Positions 30,114-42,929 of a stretch of DNA of 54,589 nt are shown piece by piece. How positions within the stretch are numbered: the stretch's first letter is position 1; each line of letters begins with the position of its first letter. The position numbers and the translations under genes were made by a program. The stretch spans positions 312,139-366,727 of the forward strand of contig CAXIUT010000057.1 in the NCBI GenBank assembly GCA_964035545.1, read 5' to 3'. The stretch is from Bugula neritina (Eukaryota > Animalia > Bryozoa). The notes beneath the pieces are model-generated. The model had not been told where the DNA came from. It made no database searches and saw nothing but the letters and a program-made list of their open reading frames with translations.

Positions 30114-31613
30114 ATGCATCGAGTAGGATTTATCGTCGCAACTCTTATCTATATCGCATTGACTGCACCAGCATAAGACAAAATGAAAACAATACCTGTA
30201 AGTAAATAACTATTAAGGGTTATCCAGATGACTACAACACCTCTGTCTACACAGGCTATCTTGATGTCCAATCAGCATAAAGAGGAATTCACTACGCATT
30301 TGTCTAATCTATCAATGGTGCTAATAACAAAGATCCTGTCACTCTTTGGCTCAATGGAGGACCAGGATGTTCATCAATGATAGGTACGACTTCCCCATAT
30401 AAAGGATTTTTACAATAAATAGGTCCATACTATCTTTAGGAAGGAAAGGACTATTTTATTGGAGATAAACTAACAAAAAATAATGATTCATGGCCATGAT
30501 ATCATTATTTTTTGTTAGTTTAATCTCCAGCAGGGGTGGGTTATTCTTACAATGATGTAAAAAATTATTCGAATAATGATGCGACTACATCTTATGACAA
30601 CAAAAATGCTGTGTTGGATTTTTTTAAGAAATTTCCAGAATATCAAAAAAATCATTTCTGGATTGCTGGGTAATCATATGCAGGAAAGTATATTCCAGAT
30701 TTAGCTGTTTTGATTGATACTTATAACCAATTCTAGGCTCCAAGTCCTGATAAGTAAATCAACATGAAAGGCATCTTCATTGGCAATGGAATCATGTCAT
30801 TTTAGCATCTAGATAAACATAGAGTTGAATATATGGTCGATAGATCTTTTACTAACCCTTAAGTTAAAGGATATTGGGATTCTTGTCTTTATGATCGTGA
30901 TTCAGCTGGATGCGGGTTCTTTACTGCTCAGTTTTTATAAGATATTGATGAAGTCAATCCATACAACGTCTATAGTTACTGCTACTATAATGATTCATTT
31001 TTGAATTAAAATAAAAATCCTAGACCTACTCAATAATCTATTCTTCTCAATTTGGCACGTAAGTTTTCAAATAGCTCTTCTTTCAGAGATGCTAAATACA
31101 ATGGTGCTCCCTGTTCTTATTTTGATGGTATGTGGCATTATTTCAACCTAAATGAATAAGAATGGAAGGCTAAGTATCCTCGACAACATTGGAATGGTCC
31201 ATGTGTATATTTTTAGCTATATAGGCTGATAATTTGACTTATTTCCCTGATCCTCAAGGTTCTCTTCATAACTATCGATATCTTTTGGGTAGAATACAAG
31301 CAAAAAACTATCAGATTCATCTCTACAATGGCAACTGGGACTTCATTGTTCCTTATAGCGATACTAAAGCAAATCTTAAAGAATTAAATTTGGTTTAATC
31401 ATATATCTAGTACTTTAATTGTTATTTAGTACTCCTTGGTTTACTAATGATCAACATTCAGGATTCCAGCAGCTCTATTCAGGTGTTGTATTCACAGTAG
31501 TGAAGGGAGCATCACATATGGTGCCGATGAGTAAAAGACCAGAAGCATTCCACTTGTTTAATACGACTCTTGGTGGACATTCTGGGAAGACTGGATAAAA
31601 GAAATAACAATGA
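30114..31613 (+). CDS. Serine carboxypeptidase, family S10, secreted
   Basis: Signal peptide; PVTLWLNGGPGCSSM, ESPAGVGYS, GESYAGKYIP, YNGNWDFIVP, VKGASHMVP; introns 30198-30217, 30384-30404, 31205-31224, 31410-31429. Confidence 0.95.
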
Positions 31614-31894
31614 TGATAGCTTTCAAATATTCTTATAGTATTAAATAGAAACAATATCAAAGAATTTAGTTTTAAAATAAAGAGTTCTTCTTATTTGAAT
31701 ATATAATCGTTTTTATTATAACTGCGTTATAAGTAGATGGCTAATTTTGAATAGAAAGAAATATTGAACAAGTTTTTAATTTGATTTTCTCTGAAAAGTA
31801 CAAAATTCTCCTTTATTTTTTTAATTTAAAATTCAATATGAAATATTAATTCAATCAGATTTAATCATTAATATTAACTTATATATCTTTAGCA

Positions 31895-33940
31895 ATGAAA
31901 AAAGCATCTCTGCTGACGAGTCTATCAATCTACTAGCCATACAAATATCCTCCAGACTACAATCTAGCATATTTCCATCAAAACACAACTATTCCAGGAT
32001 AGATCAACTAGAGTGAGGTACTTTGTCCATGTTGCAACCAAAAACTAAAAGAACCTTATGCCAATTGGTGGAATAGATCAATAAATGAAGATTTTAGTTA
32101 GTTAGGAGGAGCAATCGTAATGTTTTTTAATTTAATAAAATTGTCAATTACTACAACTTTCATCCTTATTCTAATCTATGGATGGTATGTGCATTATTTG
32201 AGTAACCATTATTGTTCTATTTTACAAAATGCAAAAATGAAGTAAAATATGTGTAGTTAGTTGTGGGGATTGTGGATTGTAACAAATGATGATCTTTATC
32301 ATTTGATTTAGTTGAATAAAGATTAAACTACTAGAATTGTTTTTACTGTTTTGAGGTATGTTGCTTTAGTGGTGTTGCTGTTGGGTAACTTTTTAAGTGT
32401 GATAGTTTATAAGAAAGTTAAAGAGAGGTGTTGTTTGAAAAGTGATGTGACTAGCTTTTCATTGATATTTAAAAATATTGAAAAGAATGATGTTGCTTCT
32501 TTTATTGAGGAAATCAAATCAAATGTAGAAGATTTTTAATATAAATAAGCTTTTATTGTTCATAAGATGGAACCGTATTATTCCAAATATCAGTAAAAAG
32601 TTATCAACTACTATAAATGTCTTATCGAACAAGATAGATAAAAATAACTAAAATTACTTAATAAATTGCGATCACTGGATAAATATTGTTCTAAAAATGA
32701 ATAAACATGTTAGCAAGAGGCTACTAGAGCTATTATAGTTTTTTAGGATTTGCAAACTAAGTAAAAAGCATCTGAGTATTATTCAATATCAAATGGAAAG
32801 AGAGCAAAAATGTTTTTGAATCATAATCTACATACTAATCATGCTATGTACTGTTAGCCTATTCCAAAATAAAGTTAGATTATTTGGAAAAATCTAGGAA
32901 ATATATAAACTCCAGGTTTTCAATTAAAAATCATGTCTTTTCTGTATTTCTTACTGAATTTAGGACTTTGGGTTTTAGTTATCTATTCAATACTGTAACT
33001 TTTGTATTCCTAGTAAATGTAATAAGTCCTTCGCATAGTTCTTCAAAATATAGTATTACTAGTTATAGTCCTTTTAGCTGTATTTTATCGAATATGGATG
33101 TATCGTCTTTCTATTTTAAGAATTCCTAACACCAGATCCCACAAAATAATATTATTCTTAGTCTATAATATAGTATTCAATACTTTTTATTACATCCTTA
33201 TTCCTTCTATTTACATTCTGACTAATAAATAAAAAAGCAGTAAAATCCTTAACATAATGAGCAACCAATCTTTGCTCTTCCTAATTCTATAAATACTAAT
33301 AATAGTATCTGATTTTACTTATTATTTATGGTACTACAAAACAAAAAAATAACCGAAGATAGACCCATTGGATATCAAAAAATATTACATTAGTAGTTGC
33401 AGTATCCTTCTTATCCTATCTAAATCAAAATGATATCATTTATTAATATATGGACTTTAGTTCTCTATTATACCTTTCAGGTTCTGTTTGTTCTTTATTT
33501 TATATTGATTGCTTTAGTGGTTCTTTTTTGGGTTTAAAAAAGAAATATCTATCGACATTATAGAATGGAAATTATTGATATATAAATTTTTAGATATTTG
33601 CGATTTTATATGAATTTCTTTCTTGTTAATCTCACTAAAATCATTATTTTTAACCTAGATCATACTATTTAAAAAATAATAGCAGGTTCTTTGATGGTCA
33701 TTCTCTTCATAATTCAAACAAAAACAAGTAAAAAAGTATTAATGCAAATAAAACTATTAATCAGTTCTTTTGCCGACTCTTTAAGAAACAGACACTCGAT
33801 CTTTGAATAAAATATATCATGATACGATAGATGATATCAAAAATGATAAAATTAATAACTAGATCAAAGAATACCCAACCCCAACCCCAACCCCAACCCC
33901 AACCCCAACCCCAACCCCAACCCCAACCCCAACCCCATGA
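31895..33940 (+). CDS. TMEM63/OSCA/TMC-like multi-pass channel protein; 3' end overlaps the internal telomeric tract
   Basis: YPPD..A..H, CPCC, DFSELGGAIVMFF, SFSLIFKNI, AIIVFED, EIIWKNLG, many TM segments, FWVEKRNIYRHY; exact stop uncertain. Confidence 0.65.
33874..33936 (+). repeat. Internal telomeric tract, about 10.5 CCCCAA units in left-telomere orientation
   Basis: 63 nt of perfect C4A2 repeats with no abutting G4T2 tract. Confidence 0.97.
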
Positions 33941-34019
33941 TTATTTGATTATTATATATCTAATATAATTAATTCTTTTTTTTAATTTTTATTTATATTG
34001 ATTTTATCAATAATAGAGA

Positions 34020-35200
34020 CAAATAAAAAGTAATAAGAATTCATATCATAGATTATTTCTTGATTTCTTAGCAACTTTCTTAAAAGATAATTTTGTTTAT
34101 ATTTTCAAATTACTCTTGTTGGTCGGAGCTTCCCTCTTTTTTGTTTCTTTTTACAACTACACCTATTGCTAATTGGTGCTAGCAGTCATATTAGAATCTA
34201 ATTTCGTTGTAAATACTTTATCTTCGACTCCTATCATTGATTGGTCCTCTTGTTTTTAAGTTCTATTCGAAGAAAGGTAGCTACTTTCTTCTGGAATGGT
34301 ATTTAATCTATTTTTTGCCAGGTTTATGTGTCTGAGATTGGGTGGCATTGGCCGAATTGATCCATTTTAAACGCAGCCCATTATTTATTTAGATTATATA
34401 ATGTTTGAAGATTAAGTTTGATTTGATTAGTTGGAATTGATAATAATTATTGGGTAAGAATAGAGATCATTATGGACATTCTGTTGGTGTTTGTGGTAGA
34501 TTTTTGTTTTAGAATAGATTTATTTTTATTTTTTTCATTTTTTTTATTGTTAGCAGTTTCATTAAATTTCCTTAGTTCTTTGTTAAGGAGTCAATATACT
34601 TGTTCTCAAAACTGCCCTTTCTATTCAGAATAATATCATCATGAGATAGTTATTTAAGATTATGATGATGATGTATTGGTCTTAGACCTGCTTATTTTTT
34701 GAGATTTATTGCTTAGTTTGATACTATTTGACAACTTTTCATGATGTTTTAGAATATTTGATAATTTAGCATATTTTTAGGTGTACTTTTGCTCTAATGA
34801 CAACCATTGTTATTATTTTTATGTTCTTATAGTTAAGGAAATTCAATGTTTTTTCCTTTGATTGGTTATGATCGTCTGAGGGGAGTCAACTCTTTACTTC
34901 TAATATTATTTGCTAATTTTCTACACATTTCTTTACATGAATGAGGTAGACCAGGTCGAATAAAAGATGCCTTCTCAGGAGTTGATAATTAATATCTTTT
35001 GAGTTTTAAGAAATGATTTTATGATCCTTAGGATAGCATTCGACCAGGTAATCGATATTATTTGTATTTATCTTTTCTTTTAAATAAATTTTAACCTCTT
35101 TGAGGATTCAGCATCAAATATATATTATATTAACGTGATCAGATGTTATTAGACCTGTTGCATCTTTTGATCTTTTTTGATATATTATTTATTAGATAGA
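34020..35200 (-). CDS. Hypothetical low-complexity protein
   Basis: Open minus-strand frame NIDYLVECYPKDHKIISE..LLRRHLLFDLVYLIHVKKC; boundaries approximate. Confidence 0.4.
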
Positions 35201-35275
35201 TAGAGGTATTTGATGGTAATGATAGATGAATATTGGTTATTATTTTTGATATAAACTTTGAAAATTTAATTTACC

Positions 35276-37069
35276 ATGAAACCTAAACGATCTAAGCAAT
35301 AGGTACAGTAGGCTTCTTCTCTCATAAACGATTTCAGTGACTAGATTCTAAGTAAACGAGTGAATGCTGCTCAAAACATAATATTTATCGCATAGATATT
35401 GGGAGGTTAAAGAATTAAAACCTAACTGATTCCTTTCATTCGATAAGGTATTTAGATTTCTATCAAAGAGGTTATTTATGATGATGCTAGTGTTGTTTTT
35501 TAACTGTTTAATAATGTATAAAAGTTAGGGTAGTGTATTGGAGGCAATGTTCCTTATACATTTTTGTTGCCTTTGCTTGAAGATGGACTCTAATTTGAAT
35601 AGTAAAAAGTTAGAAAAAAAGTATTATGTTATTAATGAAGGTAGTTGAAAAGTATTACTAAGTTATTGATCGATGCTAGCTACCAAAATGTGAAAATCAA
35701 GTTTTTGGATCATTAAAAAAACTATACAATAATGATTTCGATTAAGTAAAAGAGGGATTTTGCTGTGTAGTATCAAAAAAGTTAGGACTATTTTCTGCTC
35801 CAAATCAACAGTAGTTAATCAACAACTATCTGGCCATGGTAGAGGACACATCAATATCAAAACGTAAATATGCAGCTAAATATTCAAAAGATTTAATCCG
35901 ATGGCTGGGTTGTGCAGAAGCAACGATTCTGAAGATAATTTAGTTGTTGTCTAAAGATAAGTAGTAATCGAATAAAATCCATTTGATTGATGCTATCATA
36001 GAGTTGGCTAGAGAGAAGAGTCCAGCTACTTTGCAGAGTTACTTCAATATTATATCTTATCAGTTTTCATGGCGTATTCGATATGAATTGATTTCTAAAA
36101 TAGAAAAGTTGGGTGCTGCTATGGGTAAGTAGCAATTCAAAATGTTTTTGCCTTACTATATCAAATATATCAATGATATTTAGCCTTAAATCAGATCTAT
36201 TGCCAACAGCAAACTCTAGGATATCTTGCCCTATCTATAAACAGATGATATCATTAACAAAATATTGCCTGCACTTAAAAATATACCTCAAGATACTCAT
36301 GGTTATGTCAGAAGTACTCAATAATTTATATTTAGATTCACTAGCTAATAGTATATTGCATCTATGTCCTGTAATAGGCAAAAAACCAACAATCGAACAC
36401 ATTCTACCTAAGTTTTTAGTTTTTTTGAAAGATGACCAAGAACAGCAAGTCAAACAAACTATCTTCAAGAAAGTATCGTACATATGTGATACACTTGGCA
36501 TTGATACTTTGTCTCAGTCGTTGCAACCGATTCTTGATGAGATGGTGGCTAATGCCAATTGGAGGACAAGGATGGAGTCGATCAATATTATGTCTTATTT
36601 GGTTAAAAATACAAGTATTTCCTTTTTGAATGATAAAATTGTCAAAACTATTACTGATTATTTGAAAGATAGAGCTAATTCTATCAGAAAAGAAGGTGTG
36701 AAACTTATTATTCAAGTTATTGATGTTCATGGACAAAATTGGGTCTAAAAAAATATTATACCGAAGCTAGTACCTATGTTCAAATCCACTACTTTCCTTC
36801 ATAGATAAACCATTCTGTTGTCTCTTGAGCAACTGACTCCAAAACTTACTCTTGACTGTCTCAATAAGCAAATATTTGCAAATGTATTTTACCTTGCTCA
36901 AGATCCGGTCTAGAACGTCAAGATAAGTGTTTGCGTGGCTTTGGGGGTTTTAAATAAGTATATACCTAAGTAGAAAGAAGCAATAAAGAAGATATTGAAG
37001 GGATTGAAAGATGATAAAGACGATGATGTGAAAGATATGGCTATTAAAATTTTTAATAAACTTGAGTGA
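35276..37069 (+). CDS. PP2A scaffold subunit A (PR65)-like HEAT-repeat protein, divergent
   Basis: LINDFSDEILSKRVNAAQNI..LGGERIKTELIPFI..LLPLLE..EEEKVRKK, SWRIRY, NWRTRM, LKDRANSIR, QDPVENVKI, DKDDDVK; introns 35448-35468 and 35621-35640. Confidence 0.85.
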
Positions 37070-37137
37070 AAAAATTATGATTATTCCGATATCTTGTTAT
37101 TATCTTTAATATTATAATATTTCTATTGATGATTTTA

Positions 37138-40100
37138 TCATTTCTTTCCTCCTTTTTTACCCTTCTTAGCTTCAGCTTGTTTCTCAGCAGCCAAATTGGG
37201 ATTTTTCTATGCTTAGTCAAGCATCTAACTGAATTGTTTGAGTATTTCTTATTAAATTCCTTATATTTGATCAGTTTTGATCTATTAATTGACAGCTTTC
37301 ATCTCTTATATTTCCCAGCCAGCAATAAGAGTGGTTATTTTTTATTGTAAGTTGCCTATTTTGATGTTTTTGCGGGTCATGTCAGCAACATCAGCCAGAA
37401 AAGAGTTATGATCGTTGATATCTTTGTATTATGTGATATTTTTTTTAAGATCTGCTTCGCTCATGGTGGGTTTCTCTTGAGAAATTATGTCGATTAGGAG
37501 TTTTTATTTTTATTGCTTTGTTTTATCTTTTTAGACATCTTGGGTTCTCCATTAGTTGTATTTGTTGTATTTCTATTTTATTTGTTCTTTTATTTCATCG
37601 AAAAAGATTGTTATGGTATCTTTCTTTTACTTTTCTTTGATTTTTATGGTTTCTCTTCTCTAGATGTTTCTTGTTAGTTTAGCAACTCTGTTTTCAGTTG
37701 CCATCATTGCTCCTTCCTTAATAGCTCTAAATAATATATTAAATACCGCAATTCTTAAGGCGATCTGATTCTTGGCTATTATCCTTCTGATAATGGTTCA
37801 TGTCTCACAACACAATTTTACAATATTTCCAAAAATGATTTAATTTCAGTCATAAAGTTATCTTTGCTTTTAGGTGGTTATCTTTCAACTGGTTTTTATT
37901 CAACTACTTCTTCTTTTTTGGCATCTTTTCCAGCTTTCTTATCGTCTTTTTTACCTTTACCTTTTTTATCTTAATTCTTTTTTTCTTATTATTGAAGTTG
38001 TTTTTTGGTAAGTCTTGGAGCATTAAGTATTTCCTTTTATTCCTAATTTAGCTCTTCTCCATTTTATTTTTTCAATTGAATAAGATATCTTCTTCTTGCT
38101 TTTTTGGCTCTTTCTGCACGTCCAGGTTCACTATCTTCCCAAGACTTTCTTATCTGCTTTTCTTGATCTTCTTGCTTAGTATCTCTTACAAGTGCAATAG
38201 TATCTGATGAAATAACTTGAATAGTCCAACATATTTTATCAGTTTCTTAGCTCTTCATTGAACATTACGGCCATATTCTCATATCGAATTTAGCTTATAG
38301 AAAGTATTATTTATTGTTAGTTTTTGTATTCATAAATTTGAAATTTGGTATTGTTACTTCATTGATACCAATAGTTTAGTATAATGTATCTTATCCTTGT
38401 ATAATTTTAACTATAATATTTTTTTGCTGAGTAAATGGTTTTTAGATAAGTTCAGTAGCTGGTTCATCTTTTCCTCCTTTCTTTGCGCCCTTGCCACCAG
38501 CACCTCCTTGCACCTCTTAGAATTATGCTAGTTTAACTGTTACTGTTGCATTTACATCATTATTGCTAAATATTCTTTCTTTGCATATCAAACCATATTT
38601 ATTTGCATTGTATTTTTAGATGAATTTTACTGGCTATACTGTCTAGCATTGTTCAACATTTAGGCCTTAGATTTTTGATAGAAGAGATAACTAGCAAGTT
38701 CCATCAAGGATGTTTTCAGGTGAGTCAATTTCGATTATCAGATAATATTATTGTTCAGGTTCTATAACAAATCTTGAATATTAGTAGGCTATTGATACTT
38801 TTTATTGATTTTTTTGAATAATTCCTTCAACTTTTTGAGAAGTTAAAGAAGATTCTTACTTTGGAATTGCTACTAATCGATAGCTAAGACTGCTCATCAA
38901 TTCATCTTTAACACTAACCATTTTAAGCAAAACAGTATTGGCTTATTCTCCGCTTTGTGTTAATTTCAACCTAGACAAAGGATAATATGTACTAGCCTCA
39001 ATAGGAGGATACTCAAAACTGATAGCTTTTTTATTGTAAGCTTCGTATTAGCATAGATACTAAGAAATACTTTGCATTTTGAATGGAGAATCACAGGATA
39101 CCCAATAAGCATAGTTACCTTTGCTCATGGTATTGATCTTGAAGACAGTATTTTGATTTTTTAGACCTATTTGAGTACTAATGAGTGCCCTATCGAGAAT
39201 CGAGAGTGACAACATTGGATGTCGATTTGAAGCAGTCGAAATCGAATTTTTATAGATTAGTGTAGGGACTAAACAAATCATGAGGACTTTATTGGTAGGC
39301 AAAACCAAAAAGGAGGTTGATCATTTTTTATTTTTCTTATTATTGATCTACTTTTTAGATTATAAGAATTTATTTGTTTTAGTCTGAGGTGAAGACATTG
39401 GTTTTTTTGGATTACACATTTTCTATAACTTTATGAGAAAAGATATTAGGATTGTAGAGAACTTGCAAATAATCAAAATACTGAATAAGATCTAGATCTT
39501 TGATCCAAATTCCTTTTTATTTTCTTTCGAGTAATTCTGCTAGACCATTGATCGCTGAGAAATCATGGATGTTGGGGAAGAGTTAGCTTTCTTATTTATA
39601 TTTGATATTTGAGACAGAAACACTGTGTAAACTTTTACTTTATTTTTAATCTTTTTCGATTGGTATGTCGTAGTTGGGTGGTTGACTTAATTTATTTATT
39701 ACACATTTCTTTGCTAGTAATATTTATTTTTATCCATATTCGCATTGTATGTTAAGATTTGAGAGTAATTTGAGGAAATGTAGTGGGTTGGTGCTTTAGC
39801 TATCAGTTATAGTCTTTTTTTTTATTAGATGGCTAATTTTTATTTGAGTTATTTTTTTTTTTTCTGAATTATAATTTTTATTATCTAGTTTTGTTTGTGA
39901 GTGATATTTTGCATAGTTAGTTGTATTCGTGTTTGAGCATCATTTATTTTTGTGATTTTTATTGTGAGAAAGCCATGTTGAAGTTGCCATTATCAAAATA
40001 ATCTCCAAGACAGTAAGAATATCCATTCATAATTTTAGTAGAAATTTATTTCTAAATAAACTATTATTAATCCATCTAATTTTAATTCCTAACTTTAACT

Positions 40101-41246
40101 TTAGCCTTGAAATCTTTAACATCCTTTGAAAAAACAATTAACCACTACATCTTTTTGTTAATAATGTTCATTATTCATAAAACCTTACAATTTCTACCAT
40201 TATTTATAATGATGTAATTGTATATTTTATGTTAGCATGCCAGTTAGGGCATACATTATCAATCCGCTACCAATGATATTGTCTTTTCCAGCTTTGACTA
40301 GATATTTAGTTAAGGCTTTTGTTAGAATCAAAGTCCATTTTTAATTTATTTTTTATGATAAAGGAAATAGTTCATGCATTTTTTGATCTACTGGAATTCG
40401 ATCATCAACTTATATTTTTATGTATTTTCCCATATATAGTAATTTCACCCAATATTTACCTGATTTAGTTAGTTGAGGTACTCCATTTTCTTGTGGGTAT
40501 ATTTCTTCCAAACTGCCTAGTTATTGTTAATATCAGTCAGATTTCTTTGTTTTATTATTTGAGTTGAGAACCAATCCAAATAGAAGTTGGTGTCATAAAT
40601 TGTTTTGTTATTATGTCCTGACATCTTGACATCACTTACTTGGATTGGTCCTTCTTATTTGACTTATTATTTTTTGGAGCTTTCTTTTTATCTTTAGCTG
40701 CTTTTTATGCTTTTAAGCTTATTATTTTAATCTATTTTGAAGTTATTCTTAGGTTTAATTTCTCAAAAAGGTCTAAATAACACAAGGAACAGCTTATTCC
40801 ATTTTTTATTCTTTTTATAAATTTTTAAAAGACTATATCTGATTTTTAGACTGCTATTCAATCATTTCCTTAGATTCCATCTCTTCCTATTCCACCTATA
40901 AATGCTCAATTTCGTTCATATGTTTCCATTATGCGATATTCTATCCGTTGAGATAGTTAACAATACTATCATGATTGGCATCGATGTATTTTGTTTAGGA
41001 ATTTAGACCGAAATCAAAGGATTTTATTGTCTATTAGGTAGGCCATTATTCGAATGGGTTGGAGAGGGGTTCGACCTGGATATTAAGGCAGTTACATTTT
41101 TGGGAGGTTATGGAAATGATTAAGGAACTTTTAAAGGTTTTGGCTATCTTGGTGGTTCTTTTATATCGGCTGGAACTATGTCTTTAACGGGAATGGCTGC
41201 TTTATACGTTGGACCTTTTTTTTGCTTATTTTTGTTTAGGAGGCAT
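37138..41246 (-). CDS. ADGB: Androglobin-like protein (calpain-like N-terminal domain, conserved C-terminus)
   Basis: SGKYWVKLLYMGKYIKIEVDDRIP, WTLILTKALTK, MYALTGM; C-terminal DTKQEDQEKQIRKSWEDSEPGRAERAK; MPPK start and KKGGKK end. Confidence 0.75.
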
Positions 41247-41289
41247 GGGATGTAAGTTTTATTATCAAATTTAAATAATAATTGATATA

Positions 41290-42369
41290 AATCAATTTTT
41301 TTATTAGTACTTTTATGACACCTTTTCGAGTTGATCTAATACTTTTTTGGGTTCTTTGATTTGAATACAAGAAATGAGATGGGTAAGAGAGTAATTCTTA
41401 AAGAATACACTGAATATGAAACAATATTAAGAGATAAAATTATTCTAAGCAAACTAACTATAAAAAAAGTAAGTATAACTGCTGTTACAACTTTGATCGT
41501 TGACGATGCTGATCGAATAACAGGTATTTTAATTTTAATAGCTACTAAAAGCCCAAGATACGAACCAACGATGAACTACTATTGAAAATAGCAAGTAAAA
41601 TAGATAGCACAAAAGGATAAAAAATAATTTTATTTCGATAGATATTAACTTGATTTTTAATTTTATCTCCAATATACAAAAGAAACATGATCTATGCGAT
41701 GTAAAGACGAGGAAATTACCAAATATCGTAGCAATTAAATAGAATAAATCCTAAAACTATTGATTCTAATATGGGTAGTTCGTATTCAATTTTAATATTG
41801 ATTATTCCTAGTTTAGTATCGATAGTTTCAAGATAAGAGCGATGAGTACTGCCCATGAGATGGATCTTGCGAATTCATTAATTTTATTGAATTTTAGTCA
41901 TTTCCAACAACTATTTTTGGATTTTTAGAATTCATACCATCATAAAACACTATAAAATCATCTGCGTTGTTGATAGTTTGATGATACTTTTGATCTCAGA
42001 TAAATACATGTATTGTGATTCAGAAATAATTACTTATTTATTTTTTATATTTTCTTTTAATTTTTATGGTAGTTTCCAGTCCCCTTTTTAATCTTTTTAC
42101 AATATATCTAAAATATCTTTGCATTCATTTTTTGAAATATAGCTGCCATAGCTACTAAGGACATAAAATTATGTTTCATATGATATTTGAATATATTTGG
42201 TGAGAGGGTGTGGTTTGGCATTGATTGCTAGATGGGGACAGGCTACGCATAGATTATTCAGAGGGTCGCAAGTCGTCAATGAAGATATTTAGATTTACTA
42301 TCGATAGCTGTGTAGAGTTAAGAGAAAGAAGGAGAAGGCTAAAGTGAAAATGTAGTAGTTATTATTCAT
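41290..42369 (-). CDS. Hypothetical membrane protein
   Basis: Hydrophobic N-terminus, Cys motif TCDPLNNLCVAC, multiple C-terminal TM-like segments. Confidence 0.4.
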
Positions 42370-42429
42370 TAAATATTACAAAATTATTTAAATAAAAAAT
42401 GATATTAAATTTCGATGAATGATATGGAA

Positions 42430-42757
42430 TCAACAGCCAACGATATGCCATTTCTGTTTTTTGGCTTAAGCGCAGATGCAAGGCCAGCAGTGTTTTTTAT
42501 CGGCCATTAGATCTTTAGCGCACTTGATATCGGCAATGATATCAGCTCCTGAAGTTTCAACGGCTTTTGCGCAGGCTTTAACTGTTCTTTCGATATCAAC
42601 TGCGCATTCGATTTCTAGTTGTTTAGTGCATTCGGCGTTATAGTTGAGGTAGTCGATTGGTTAGTTGATTGTGAGGTTGTTGGGTTGAGGGGAGTAGTTG
42701 TATAGTCCAAGAGCTATGAGGATGGGTAATGATGGTCAAGAGATATATTTGTTTCAT
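42430..42757 (-). CDS. Small secreted cysteine-rich protein (about 108 aa, 8 Cys)
   Basis: Signal peptide, then ECTKQLEIECAVDIERTVKACAKAVETSGADIIADIKCAKDLMADKKHCWPCICAEAKKQKWHIVGC-TGA; one extra base in the signal region. Confidence 0.75.
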
Positions 42758-42929
42758 AATAGGATTATTTATTATGCTACGAAAATATCAAAATCATTAT
42801 TTTATGAGTGTATTTCAGTATTTTAGATAAATAATAAAATTATTATCAAACAAAAAGATATTAATATTTATCAATTAGTTGTTAGATTGTCCTGATTTTA
42901 TAATTTGTAACTTGAGCTAACAATAAAAC

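Noticed and set aside
30491-30523. In-frame TGA at 30497 in the carboxypeptidase as readthrough, Trp or Sec
   Set aside because: The neighbouring frame gives W-H-D-I, which fits the family pattern SW(N/H)xxxNLLFxESP. Compensating indel errors are more parsimonious, and no other conserved-position TGA was seen.
33341-33353. Euplotes-like AAA-TAA frameshift site in the TMEM63-like gene
   Set aside because: TAA is a sense codon here and many AAA TAA pairs are read in frame elsewhere. An A8 run miscalled as A7 explains it.
35086-35101. Partial match to the Tetrahymena chromosome breakage sequence (AACCTCTTT)
   Set aside because: Only 9 contiguous bases of the 15-nt motif match, it lies in a probable coding region more than 1 kb from the internal telomere, and it is expected by chance in AT-rich DNA
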